Shown in pieces: positions 62,456 through 64,000 of a stretch of DNA of 64,000 nt (positions within the stretch are counted from its first letter, which is position 1; each line of letters starts with the position of its first letter). The DNA is from Phallusia mammillata (Eukaryota), in assembly GCA_965637545.1 (NCBI GenBank), contig OZ281494.1, positions 6,510,001 through 6,574,000 of the forward strand. The letters run 5' to 3'. The notes under the pieces are model-generated. The model was not told where the DNA came from, ran no database searches, and saw nothing but the letters and a program-made list of their open reading frames with translations. A program made the position numbers and the translations under genes.

Positions 62456-64000
62456 GTAGGTGATAAAACGTTTTTGCAACGGAGTGGAAATTTTGTGGTC
62501 GCCAGGATCGCTGTGCCTGCAGCCACGGATGTGGAAATTATTTAGTTGTATAAGTTGTATAAAAGTAAAATAGTTAGAATCCAAATATATACGTTCAGAT
62601 AAATGTTTTAATGCTAGCCTATTTGAGAAGGGTTGACAAAAATCATGGATTTTGCTTGTTTCAATAATAACATTGATAACTGTTGCAAAACATCAAATAC
62701 ACTTTTTGTCACCTTGAGTTTGAGTTGTAGTGTTGCTGGGTGGGGTGTCGCAATCAAATATTTGGTATGACATCACAGTCAATGAATGATAAAACACAGT
62801 TGTTAAATTTGGTGGCCAAGAAAAAAACAGTTTGTATGCTTTCCCCACATAAGTTATTTTTGTTAAGAACATCTTTGCATAATTCCTTGTCAAAACCTGT
62901 TTTCATGTAGACGCGACGCCAAAGACTGTTGGACGCCGAATACTTTCCTTCCATTACAACAAAAATGTAGTTAAATATTTTAACCAAAAGCAAACCACTT
63001 ACCTGGTTGACCAGGCAACCAAAAGTTGAACTCTGAATTTAAGTCGAAAACGACACTTTCCAGAACTTTGAAAAGCAGCAAGCGATTTGGACTGTTGTAG
63101 TGAGTGTCATTTAGCTGCCAGACACACTTGCTCACTTTATTTTTGCCATACCCCGTGCTGTGAACCAGAATGCCTGAACTATCGGAATTAGGGAAAGGAA
63201 TGCAAACGCTTGCTGCCAGCAAAATCAAACCTAGAAAAAAAAAATTTGTCGTTTAGTTTATAATTATATCAAAGTACTGTTTATGTGATAAAGATCTTGT
63301 ATAACTTACCGGCAAATCCTGTCATTAAATGCAGTTTCGTTGTCGACATATTTCACCACACGAACACGTATTTTATGCTCGTTACTAATCTAACTAATAC
63401 CGACAATAAGCTCGCATAATCGATAACCTACTACGTGACATATTGCAGGTTTATTCGCCGCATTCTGCTATTGGTTCGCAAGTTAAACGTGTCAACCATA
63501 ATTCATATGCATAAAAGAGGAAGGACAGTGATTCAAGATATTTTGAACTAATCTACATTTGTTTGACCTTTCTTCGATTAAAATCTTATTTTACGGCTAA
63601 TTCAGTCCAATAAAGTCATTTCATCCATATTTTATTTTTGATTCATATTTTTATTTTGGAGAGTAGATCGTTGCGTAAAACAACACAGGAATGTTACTGA
63701 ATAGAAAAAATAATTCAGAGGACTAGCAACAATGTAAATTCTTTGTTCGCTTGGAATTGTTTTATTGTTTCTTTACTCGTACTTTTTTCTGTTGTATAAA
63801 ACACGTATCGGGAAAGATAGTGGTCAAAAAGCAAATAATAAAATTCGAAGTTACATGTTAGGTACGGCTGCAGTAAATGAACACAACAAAACCTGATTGC
63901 AGACCTAGGAATTTCGAAAGCTGACAAAACAATGCAAAACGTCGGGATTAGAAAACGTGATCAAGTATGAGCCCAATTGTCGTTGGACTTCACACAAAGT

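Larger units (their letters stand above)
56549..63349 (-). pseudogene. R8: ectodomain B (close to R7) with type-II TM/tail, disrupted by an LTR retrotransposon; exons 63349-63310, 63230-63003, ~62949-62711, stalk split at 62456/58182, 57903-57784, 57385-57271, ~57175-57070, 56658-56549
   Basis: VCIPFPNSDSSG...FNFWLPGQP; conserved Cys changed to Arg (WRRVY); frameshift in the homopolymer at ~62820-62827; stalk LSPT|SSSK rejoins across the element; TM IIVVVTSTILLTIFCILLIVSLL; last exon ...KNHVYDEPPPE*. Confidence 0.85.

Noticed and set aside
34677-63349. Assigning R1-R8 to known families (fester, Alr, Siglec, neuropilin/CDCP-type CUB receptors)
   Set aside because: No sushi, Ig or FA58C motifs are visible and I cannot run a search, so the comparison is by analogy only.
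1-64000. tRNA, rRNA or other structured RNA genes
   Set aside because: No cloverleaf with A/B boxes or rRNA-like sequence was recognised by eye. tRNAscan-SE and Rfam would be needed to exclude them.

Overview
AT-rich, compact animal genomic DNA with many 50-70 nt GT-AG introns; gene content and density fit an invertebrate chordate such as an ascidian (inference, not proven). The window holds three tandem gene arrays. (1) 0.1-12 kb: four minus-strand theta/delta-like glutathione S-transferase genes, the first damaged and the last two from a ~4 kb tandem duplication. (2) 15.5-31.6 kb: two paralogous adhesion GPCRs with closely related GAIN/GPS-7TM modules but unrelated N-termini (a Cys-rich unassigned region versus six EGF repeats). 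(3) 34.7-63.3 kb: eight copies (here called R1-R8) plus orphan exons of a single-pass membrane protein family I do not recognise. Each has a 6-Cys ectodomain that looks like a divergent CUB fold, a Ser/Thr stalk, a TM helix and a Tyr-motif tail. Two ectodomain subfamilies are each combined with two TM/tail types (ITIM/ITSM-like versus YxxP/YED[VL]/YVNI/YDEP), which resembles a paired inhibitory/activating receptor cluster under birth-and-death evolution. This is my lead candidate for an undescribed system. Also present are about ten hAT-type MITEs, several with perfect 8-bp TSDs, and an internally deleted BEL/Pao LTR retrotransposon inserted in an R8 exon. Exon structures were read by hand without transcript data, and some single-base homopolymer frameshifts could be assembly errors.
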